Shown piece by piece: positions 4,942 through 11,927 of a stretch of DNA of 11,927 bases. Each line of letters starts with the position of its first letter. Position 1 is the stretch's first letter. Under the pieces are notes generated by a model that worked only from the letters and a program-made list of their open reading frames with translations, made no database searches and was not told where the DNA came from. The DNA comes from a virus (lineage: Duplodnaviria; Heunggongvirae; Uroviricota; Caudoviricetes), in IMG/VR virus record IMGVR_UViG_3300042006_000037. The stretch is one strand, 5' to 3'. The translations under genes and the position numbers were made by a program.

Positions 4942-4966
4942 AACCCGGCCTTCGTGCCGGGTTTAG
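4942..4966 (+). terminator. Intrinsic terminator of the tRNA operon
   Basis: AACCCGGC-CTTCGT-GCCGGGTT 8-bp GC-rich hairpin; the U-tract is short. Confidence 0.7.
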
Positions 4967-5010
4967 TCGTATTTGGGGCATTCATTTCGAAAAAATAAGT
5001 AGGATAAATT

Positions 5011-6339
5011 ATGACAACCAGACATGATCTAATTAATACATTTTCACGTACTGGTGTTAGAGGGTTAATTGTTGATGGTATGTTTGACAATTTGTTAGAT
5101 GTGCCAGTTAGTCCAACAAACCTGACAAAACCATTGAGTCGTGAATTCGCAATCTTCGGTGATAGCCGAACTGCACAATGTCACACAATTGCAGCAACAG
5201 CGTTTTCAACCGAGAACTATGGTTATGCTTTTTGGGCTGCTCAGGTAGCTGGTGGTTTCTGCCCAACAACTTACAACTTCGGTGTAGGTGGTGATACAAC
5301 AGGTATGATGCTTGCTCGTATCTCGGCTGTAGTTGCATGTCCAGCAGACATTATACTCTTCATGGGTGGAACTAACGACAGAACTGGTGGTATGACAGTT
5401 GCTGACACTAAGCGGAATATCACTGCGATTGTTCGTCGTCTGCAAAAAGCAGGAAAGATTGTAATCGTTGGTAATGATACACCACGATTCGCCACCAAGG
5501 CTTTGACTGCTCCACAACAAGTTGATCATGAAACTATTCGCGACTGGATCATTAACGAGTTGTCTGAGATTACACCAGTAGCTGATACTTACTCGTTAAT
5601 TGTTCAAAGTGACTTGCATGACGACCTGCACGTCAACATCAAAGGTGCATACAAAGTAGGTGCACTCGGCTTTGGTCCTGTGCTTGCGCAGTATGTCAAT
5701 CTCGGAGTTGATCTTCCTACTGAAAGTGCAGACTTGTTCTCTGTGAATAACATTACCGGTAGCCTCACAGCTAATCCATTGATGACAGGTAGCGTTACAC
5801 AATCAACTGGTTCTGTCAACCCTGTCGCTGGAAGTGTGGTCGCCACTGGATTCAAAGGTGCAGGGTCAAGCTTCACAGGACTCACCACACAATGGTCTAA
5901 AGAAGTTGCACAGTATGGTGAGTCACAGGTGATTAAGTTTGGTGGAACACCTACATCAGCTGGTGCATACATTGCTGTATCACCCACTGCGACGTTTACT
6001 CTTGCGAACCTGTCTGCTGGTAATGTTATCAGTTTAATGGCTGTGTATGACCTTGTAGGTGATGGACTTGGTATTCTTGGTGTTACAGCAGAACTGTTGG
6101 TAACCAAACCAGTTGCTTCAGTGTCAACCACTATCTATTATCGAGACGGTGATAAGTATGTAGATCCACATTCAATGCCCACTGGTACAATCACAGGTGC
6201 ATTGGACACACAACGTTATACCGTTGATGGTACAGAGACAGCTATCGTTACTCGTATCAGTATTTACTTCGCACAAAACGTTCCTCAGAACTCTACAGTT
6301 AAGCTTCGTCAGTTCGCTGTACGAAAACATGTAGGTTAA
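5011..6339 (+). CDS. SGNH/GDSL-family esterase with a beta-rich C-terminal domain (probably virion-associated)
   Basis: All four SGNH blocks present: FGDS (I), FGVGGDT (II), GGTND (III), DDLH (V). The Thr/Ser/Gly/Val-rich C-terminal half suggests a beta-sandwich. Confidence 0.85.
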   Translation: MTTRHDLINTFSRTGVRGLIVDGMFDNLLDVPVSPTNLTKPLSREFAIFGDSRTAQCHTIAATAFSTENYGYAFWAAQVAGGFCPTTYNFGVGGDTTGMMLARISAVVACPADIILFMGGTNDRTGGMTVADTKRNITAIVRRLQKAGKIVIVGNDTPRFATKALTAPQQVDHETIRDWIINELSEITPVADTYSLIVQSDLHDDLHVNIKGAYKVGALGFGPVLAQYVNLGVDLPTESADLFSVNNITGSLTANPLMTGSVTQSTGSVNPVAGSVVATGFKGAGSSFTGLTTQWSKEVAQYGESQVIKFGGTPTSAGAYIAVSPTATFTLANLSAGNVISLMAVYDLVGDGLGILGVTAELLVTKPVASVSTTIYYRDGDKYVDPHSMPTGTITGALDTQRYTVDGTETAIVTRISIYFAQNVPQNSTVKLRQFAVRKHVG

Positions 6340-6372
6340 CAAACTCAATTAACTCAACAAAAGGAAACAAAT

Positions 6373-6657
6373 ATGGCTATTGCAACTCGTGATGAACTGA
6401 TCGAAGCTCTTGCACTACTGGGTGTTGTAGGTACTGCCCGTAATGGTGACCTAGATGCATTGTTTAACGGTGGTGGTTATGTACTACCCGCTGCAACTAC
6501 AGCCGTTGTTGGTGGTGTAAAGAAAGCAACTGCTGTTGCTGATCTTGCTGCACAAACAGTGACTGATATTGCAACTGCACAAACAGCTGTTACGGAAATT
6601 GTGAACAAGCTCAATGCTCTGCTTGCTGCAAGTCGAACAGCTGGTCAACTGACTTAA
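6373..6657 (+). CDS. Head-fibre-like protein
   Basis: YVLPAATTAVVGGVKKATAVADL...EIVNKLNALLAASRTAG resembles the phage head-fibre family signature; SD AAGGA. Confidence 0.7.
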   Translation: MAIATRDELIEALALLGVVGTARNGDLDALFNGGGYVLPAATTAVVGGVKKATAVADLAAQTVTDIATAQTAVTEIVNKLNALLAASRTAGQLT

Positions 6658-6673
6658 TAGATTAAGCTCCATT

Positions 6674-6700
6674 AGCCCGCCATGTGCGGGCTTTTCTATT
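6674..6700 (+). terminator. Intrinsic terminator
   Basis: AGCCCGC-CATGT-GCGGGCT followed by TTTCTATT. Confidence 0.85.
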
Positions 6701-6724
6701 TGTCAAGAGTTATTGCTCATGGTA

Positions 6725-6753
6725 TTGACAAATTTAAGGTCAGACTATAGAAT
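6725..6753 (+). promoter_or_regulatory. sigma70 promoter for terS
   Basis: TTGACA 6725-6730, 17 bp, TAGAAT 6748-6753. Confidence 0.8.
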
Positions 6754-6785
6754 TGTCTTTATGTCAAGAATTATAGGAGTTAATT

Positions 6786-7217
6786 ATGTCCAGTGAAGAT
6801 ATGGGACTTAGCCCACTTCATGAACGTGACACTCGATTCCAACCCGGTGTATCTGGTAATCCTGCCGGACGACCAAAGGGAAGTAAGAGTGGTCCACGGT
6901 CTAAAATGCGTACACAGCTTGTTAAACTATGCGAGTTACAACCAGATGCGTTAGAGATTCTACGTATCAGTATGACTGGTAAGAACTCAGCTGGTGAAGC
7001 AGTAAACGTACCATCTAAAGATAAAGTTGACATGGCAAAGTTCATTGTCAAATCTATCGAATCATTGAACAACACTTGTCTTCGTGAAGAGATGGCAATC
7101 CTTGGTGTTCGTGATAAAGGTAATGCTGAAGGTGCGGCACAACTAGAAGAAAACCAGAAAGAAGCTGAAGCGACATCAACCGGTGCATTCAGTCTCGATA
7201 TGGAAACCCAACATTAA
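6786..7217 (+). CDS. terS: Probable terminase small subunit (DUF5681-type N-terminus)
   Basis: TRFQPGVSGNPAGRPKGSK motif common in TerS-like proteins; helical body; located upstream of terL; SD AGGAG. Confidence 0.65.
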   Translation: MSSEDMGLSPLHERDTRFQPGVSGNPAGRPKGSKSGPRSKMRTQLVKLCELQPDALEILRISMTGKNSAGEAVNVPSKDKVDMAKFIVKSIESLNNTCLREEMAILGVRDKGNAEGAAQLEENQKEAEATSTGAFSLDMETQH

Positions 7218-7226
7218 GGAGTAACT

Positions 7227-7664
7227 ATGAATAAGTATCACCTGCACGTAACCAGTTCCGACTCTCTTGGTTTGAACATGATTGAGAACATTATTGAAAT
7301 GGCGAACTTGGGTGCCAAGCTTAAACCCGGAACTCTTCCAAGTATGCGATTCCCACACAGTTGTTCTCTTGTTCTAGAAGCTGAAGTTCCACCAGTTCCG
7401 AATGCTACACTTCGTGTATTCGAATATGACTCATGCAAAGAAGTGTTTGCTGCCTTTGTAGAGCCTGTCGCTGCAACCTTCTCATTGGATACAGAGGATA
7501 CACCAGTAGTTGATAAGAGTACCAACCAAGGAACTCCATGGACTAAAGAACAACTAGACAACATGGATTGGGAAACTGAATTCAAAGAAGTATGTAAGTC
7601 TGTTGAAATCACTGGTCGCTCCCGCGACAAGATGACTAAAGAATATCTTGCAAAATTTGCTTAA
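7227..7664 (+). CDS. Hypothetical protein (145 aa), possible C-terminal helix-extension-helix (Rho_N/LEM-like) motif
   Basis: SD AAGGAG; the C-terminal WTKEQLDNMDWETEFKEVCKSVEITGRSRDKMTKEYL has HeH-like spacing (weak). Confidence 0.7.
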   Translation: MNKYHLHVTSSDSLGLNMIENIIEMANLGAKLKPGTLPSMRFPHSCSLVLEAEVPPVPNATLRVFEYDSCKEVFAAFVEPVAATFSLDTEDTPVVDKSTNQGTPWTKEQLDNMDWETEFKEVCKSVEITGRSRDKMTKEYLAKFA

Positions 7665-7679
7665 TTAGTATTTTGCGTA

Positions 7680-7708
7680 TTGACAAAATAATGATTATCA
7701 TTTAGAAT
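7680..7708 (+). promoter_or_regulatory. sigma70 promoter of terL-portal-protease operon containing a Fur-box-like palindrome
   Basis: TTGACA 7680-7685, 17 bp, TAGAAT 7703-7708; the spacer holds AATGAT-T-ATCATT (7690-7702). Confidence 0.8.
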
Positions 7709-7753
7709 AGGCACTTATATGGAGATAAGAAGTTATCTCCTTCGGAGCACACC

Positions 7754-9277
7754 ATGACCATGGATGTAAAACATGAAGTTAACATGGTGCGTCCTCAATC
7801 TCCCTTCCAAGAGAAATACCTGAAGTCGAATGCTAAGATTCTGGTAGTTGGTGGTGCAGCCGGTAGCTCTAAAAGCTATGTCGGACTAATGCGACACCTA
7901 CGTTGGGCGCATGATCCAAAGTATAATGGTTACTGTATTCGACAACACAGTAACGACTTGATGAAAGCTGGTGGACTGTTCCAAGAAGCAGTCGGGCTTT
8001 ACTCTCAGGTTTATCCTGACATCAAAGTAAAGATTAAAGATCAGATGATTGTTTTCCCAAGTGGTGCATCTGTTTCATTTGCTCACTATGAGAACGACGC
8101 TGCTGGTCGTAAGTATCAAGGTCTTCAACTCTCTAACGTATTCTATGACGAAGCAACTCACGCTGACGAACAACACATCTGGTGGTTGTTTTCACGTCTT
8201 CGAACATCAGCTAAGATGGAACCAAGTATTTGGTTGTCATGTAACCCTGACCCTGATAGTTATCTTTTCGAATGGGTTAAGTGGTGGTTGTATCCAGAAG
8301 GTCACCCTCAGTATGGTATTGCTGATCCTGCAAAGAACGGGATCACAAGATTTGTACTTCGTATTGGTGGCGAGATGTGCTGGGGTGAATCTCCAGAAGA
8401 ACTCATTGAGAAGTACGGAAAGAAAGATCTTCCATTTGATCATACAGATCAAGTTAAACCGATTCCATTCCAAGTGTTGCTGGGTACACTGATCGACAAC
8501 CCAACGTTGATGAAGCTCCAACCTGACTATAAAGGTAAGTTGGAAGCTATGCCAGATGTTGAGATGAGGCGTCTGCTCCTCGGAGACTGGACGGCACGTG
8601 AGGAAGGTTCTACATACTTCCAACGTTCGTGGTGTGGTGAAGATGCTCTTGATGAGCCATCTGCCAGTGAGATTGTACGAACAGTTAGAGCATATGACTT
8701 TGCTGGTACATTGAAGTCTTCTGGTAACCCAAGTCCTGACTATACAGCATGTGTGAAGATGAGCAAGTTGAAGAATGGAGATTACTTCATTCACGATGTT
8801 CGTCGTTGCCGAATCCTTTATGGTCAGTGGGAAAAGTTCATCCTCGACAACGCAGAACAAGACGGAAAGAACTGTGAGATTATTATCCCACTCGATCCCG
8901 GTGCTTCTGCCAAAGTTGCAACAAGCCTGCTCACACGTTCGTTGAGTGAAAAAGGATACAGAGTTAGAACGATGAAAGCAACGCAATCCAAGTTGGATCG
9001 TTTTCGTCCCTTCTCTTCTTTGGCTATGAACGGACATGTTCAGTTCCTTAAGGGTTGTGCAACTGACTTGGAAAACAAGATTGAAAACAACAACAGCTTC
9101 ATGTACCGAGAGCTTGAAGGCTTTAACGGTAAGAAGCGTAGCGGTGAGACAGGTCACGATGACATTGTTGACTGTATCAGTGATGCCACGTCAATCCTCG
9201 CTCAGCGCGTCAACGTACCTAATATGGCACAGGTTTTAGCCAGTGTCAACCTTTCACATAGTACCCCCTTCGATTAA
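7754..9277 (+). CDS. terL: Terminase large subunit
   Basis: Walker A-like GGAAGSSKS, Walker B VFYDEA, coupling motif LSCNP, RNase H-like nuclease residues (YDFA, HDDIVD). No intron or intein evident. Confidence 0.95.
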   Translation: MTMDVKHEVNMVRPQSPFQEKYLKSNAKILVVGGAAGSSKSYVGLMRHLRWAHDPKYNGYCIRQHSNDLMKAGGLFQEAVGLYSQVYPDIKVKIKDQMIVFPSGASVSFAHYENDAAGRKYQGLQLSNVFYDEATHADEQHIWWLFSRLRTSAKMEPSIWLSCNPDPDSYLFEWVKWWLYPEGHPQYGIADPAKNGITRFVLRIGGEMCWGESPEELIEKYGKKDLPFDHTDQVKPIPFQVLLGTLIDNPTLMKLQPDYKGKLEAMPDVEMRRLLLGDWTAREEGSTYFQRSWCGEDALDEPSASEIVRTVRAYDFAGTLKSSGNPSPDYTACVKMSKLKNGDYFIHDVRRCRILYGQWEKFILDNAEQDGKNCEIIIPLDPGASAKVATSLLTRSLSEKGYRVRTMKATQSKLDRFRPFSSLAMNGHVQFLKGCATDLENKIENNNSFMYRELEGFNGKKRSGETGHDDIVDCISDATSILAQRVNVPNMAQVLASVNLSHSTPFD

Positions 9278-9288
9278 GGAGTTGCCTG

Positions 9289-10809
9289 ATGGCAGAAAAC
9301 GCCGAAAACACAACCTCCTTGAAACAAGGAGAATCCAAAGCTCCTGCAATTGTATATGGTGAGACTGGTTACACCGGTCTTGTCACTCTTGGTGGTCAAG
9401 TTTGGGATGATTGTCAACATGAACTACGTTGGCCATTAGCTTACAAGACATTCAAGAAGATGGCAACTGACGGTTCCGTTGGACCAGCTCTAGAGTTTGT
9501 CGAAGGTAAAGTAGCCGAAGCCACATGGAGTGTAAAGATTCCAAAGGGTGTTCCAAAAGAACGAGAAGCTACTCTCAAAGCTCAACAGAAGTATCTCACT
9601 GAAGTAATGGACGACATGCGTCACAGTTGGACAACCGGCATTAAGAATGCTGCGACGTTTAACCGTTATGGATTCAGCGTCCTTGAAATGGTGTTTCGCT
9701 TCCGCAACTACAAATACGGCAGTAAGTTCAATGACGGTCTGGTGGGGATTGAAGCCCTTTCACCAAGGAGTCAGGGAACGGTTGTCCAGTGGTATTGGAA
9801 AGACAAAGGTCGTGAACTAGATGGTTTCGATCAACGCATTATAATCCCAAGTGAAAACAGCATGATTAGTCATGATGGTTGGGAAGTTATGCGAACTAGT
9901 GTCACTCAAGAGACTGGTGTCAAATACATTCCAATGAAGAAGTGCTTACACTTCCGCCACAATCCTCAGAATGATAGCCCTTCTGGTACATCGCCTTTGG
10001 TTGCTGCATGGCAACCGTGGAAGATGAAACAAGCTTACCAAGAGTCTGAAGCTATTGGTGTAGCACAAGACAACAACGCCTTTAAGATCCTGTTCCTCCC
10101 ACCTGAGTATCTTGTTGAAGATCGTGACCCTGACCGGGAAGAGTCCTTCAACATGTACACTCGAATGATGGAACGAGCACATCAAGCAAAACAAAGTGGG
10201 TTCATCCTACCAATGTTGCTCGATCAGGAAGGCAATAAGATGTTTGACTTTGAGATTAAGAATATCTCGGGTACGAAGTCTTATGACGTTAACGCAATCA
10301 TTAACCGATATGTGCGAGAGATTCAAGTTGCTCTCTTCGCTGACGTATTGTCGCTTGGTGGTGGTTCTGGTGGTAGTTACTCTCTTGCTGAATCGAAAGT
10401 AAGCATCATCGACATGGCTGTAAAGAGTCGATTGAACGAAATCAAAGACCAGCTTAATCATAAGCTTGTTAAGACATTGTTTGAACAGAACTCATGGCCT
10501 ACCGATGTAATGCCTTACATTGATTTTGATTTACCTAACAGTGAGTCACTGGAGAGCGTTGGTAAATATCTACAACAATCGGCTGCTGTCGGACTTATCC
10601 CACTGGTTCCTGAAGTTGTTAACTTTGTCCTTGCTCGTGTTGGTATTGATTATCGAGTTCCTGACGATACACCTACTGAGAAACTTAGAGAAATGATGAC
10701 AAGTTTCGTCTCCGAAGCTGGGGGTGGAATGGAATCAGGACTCAACGGGAGTAACGGAAAAGGAACAGGTTCTAGCGGTGATCCTGATACAGCAAACAAA
10801 GGGAGTTAA
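9289..10809 (+). CDS. Portal protein
   Basis: Directly follows terL; 506 aa; features such as YGFSVLE and the SPSGTSPLVAAWQPWKMK region resemble DUF935/Mu gp29-like portals; SD AAGGAG. Confidence 0.88.
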   Translation: MAENAENTTSLKQGESKAPAIVYGETGYTGLVTLGGQVWDDCQHELRWPLAYKTFKKMATDGSVGPALEFVEGKVAEATWSVKIPKGVPKEREATLKAQQKYLTEVMDDMRHSWTTGIKNAATFNRYGFSVLEMVFRFRNYKYGSKFNDGLVGIEALSPRSQGTVVQWYWKDKGRELDGFDQRIIIPSENSMISHDGWEVMRTSVTQETGVKYIPMKKCLHFRHNPQNDSPSGTSPLVAAWQPWKMKQAYQESEAIGVAQDNNAFKILFLPPEYLVEDRDPDREESFNMYTRMMERAHQAKQSGFILPMLLDQEGNKMFDFEIKNISGTKSYDVNAIINRYVREIQVALFADVLSLGGGSGGSYSLAESKVSIIDMAVKSRLNEIKDQLNHKLVKTLFEQNSWPTDVMPYIDFDLPNSESLESVGKYLQQSAAVGLIPLVPEVVNFVLARVGIDYRVPDDTPTEKLREMMTSFVSEAGGGMESGLNGSNGKGTGSSGDPDTANKGS

Positions 10810-10811
10810 TA

Positions 10812-11927
10812 ATGGCTACTCATAGCTTGGTACGTATTAAAGGTTCACTGGTTAACACTCCACATCTGATTGAACAAAATTCTTTTCATAGCATTCTGGA
10901 ATATGTTAACCAGCGAATCGAAGGGAACATTGATGTAACCCCTGAAGCTCGTTCTGATGATGACTTTGGTGGACCGACTTATGTTTCGGATACCGCAACT
11001 GGTGTGATGCACATCAACGGTCCACTAACATATCGAACTTCCGGTTGGGAAGCTCTTTGTGGTGGTACATCTTACGAGATGCTGAAAGAACAAATGGAAT
11101 ACTTTGTCGAACAAGGAGCCAAGACTGTCGTAATGATGGCTGACTCTGGTGGTGGTGAAGCTCACGGCATGATGGACAGTGCAAACTACTTGCGCAAACT
11201 TGCTGATGAGAATGGTATCAAAATCATTGCTTACGTAGATGGTATGTCGGCTTCTGCTTGCTATGGTCTAGTTTGTATTGCTGATGAGATTGTAATGTCG
11301 GCTGATAGTCAAGTGGGTAGTATTGGTGTTCTGATTCAACTGATGAACAACAGTAAGCAACTTGAGAAAGCCGGTATTGAGCGAACATTCATTACAGCCG
11401 GTGAAGACAAAGTTCCTTTCGCTGCTGATGGTTCTTTCACTGAAGCGTTTAAAGAACGTCTGCAAACACAAGTTGATACCTTGTATGAAGCATTCACAGG
11501 TCATGTTGCAACTCACCGTGGTCTTGACATTAAAGTCGTTAAAGACACACAGGCAAATGTATTCATGTCCGACGAAGCTCTTGAACTTGGTCTTGCTGAT
11601 TCAGTAATGACTGTTGAAGAATTTTATAACTATGTGGCAGATGTTGCCGAAGCAAACAATAAGGAGGGCACAATGAAAGGCGCCTTGAAATTTATGAACC
11701 GAGGAGATAAAGCAGATATGGCTAAGCTCGACGAACTACAAGCACTGTTGAGTGCAGAACAAGAAGCACGTGTAACAGCTGAGACTTCGCTGACTGCTCT
11801 GGGTGAACAACTGGCTTCACTGACTACACAGTTGGGTGAGTTCAAAGAAGCTCAGGCTCAGGCTGCTAAAGCTGCTGCTGATGCAATTCTGGTAGGTCGC
11901 AAGGCTGCTCTTGCTGATGTTGTTCCT
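10812..11927 (+). CDS. Prohead maturation protease (peptidase S49/ClpP-like) with a C-terminal scaffold region; truncated at the right edge
   Basis: Not in the ORF track; open from ATG 10812 to the window end. MADSGGG, YVDGMSASACY (catalytic Ser), VGSIGV and GLADSV motifs; Ala/Glu-rich coiled-coil C-terminus. Confidence 0.92.
   Translation, partial: MATHSLVRIKGSLVNTPHLIEQNSFHSILEYVNQRIEGNIDVTPEARSDDDFGGPTYVSDTATGVMHINGPLTYRTSGWEALCGGTSYEMLKEQMEYFVEQGAKTVVMMADSGGGEAHGMMDSANYLRKLADENGIKIIAYVDGMSASACYGLVCIADEIVMSADSQVGSIGVLIQLMNNSKQLEKAGIERTFITAGEDKVPFAADGSFTEAFKERLQTQVDTLYEAFTGHVATHRGLDIKVVKDTQANVFMSDEALELGLADSVMTVEEFYNYVADVAEANNKEGTMKGALKFMNRGDKADMAKLDELQALLSAEQEARVTAETSLTALGEQLASLTTQLGEFKEAQAQAAKAAADAILVGRKAALADVVP
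11673..11927 (+). CDS. Nested in-frame scaffolding protein (lambda Nu3-like); truncated
   Basis: SD AAGGAGG 11661-11667 precedes in-frame ATG 11673; a second SD GAGGAG 11701-11706 precedes in-frame ATG 11718. Confidence 0.65.
   Translation, partial: MKGALKFMNRGDKADMAKLDELQALLSAEQEARVTAETSLTALGEQLASLTTQLGEFKEAQAQAAKAAADAILVGRKAALADVVP

Noticed and set aside
5108-6672. Several minus-strand ORFs over the SGNH and fibre genes; likewise 6818-7075, 7238-7630, 8049-8492, 8237-9157, 9946-10461 and 11268-11845
   Set aside because: Shadows or alternate frames of well-supported genes, with no motifs or RBS.
7754-10809. Intron, intein or homing endonuclease in terL or portal
   Set aside because: Both frames are continuous, of ordinary length, and show no LAGLIDADG, HNH or intein splice motifs.

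Overview
This is a segment of a lytic tailed-phage genome. The gene order (tRNA cluster, terminase, portal, S49 prohead protease) resembles Felix O1/PAK_P1-type myoviruses; the host is not provable from this window. Left, minus strand: an RNA-repair pair, T4 Rnl1-like RNA ligase plus T4 PseT-like polynucleotide kinase (truncated by the window edge). Next is a divergent intergenic region with three dyad repeats, a winged-HTH gene and several small ORFs. A consensus sigma70 promoter then drives a cluster of 9 tRNA genes (Trp, Gly, Asn, Asp, Thr, Tyr, Pro, Ser-UGA, Ser-GCU) interspersed with two micro-ORFs. Right: SGNH esterase, head-fibre-like protein, probable terS, a hypothetical protein, terL, portal and a protease with nested scaffold starts. 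The most unusual signals are: (1) two tandem circularly permuted, anticodon-less tRNA-like cloverleafs with YrlA/Y-RNA-like topology in the Thr-Tyr spacer; (2) a shared N-terminal module on the SGNH esterase and the head-fibre protein; (3) a Fur-box-like palindrome inside the terL promoter; (4) a tRNA-Asn with a class II variable arm; (5) a rod-like RNA with an anti-SD loop at the start of the tRNA operon. All RNA structures were folded by eye and no databases were searched.
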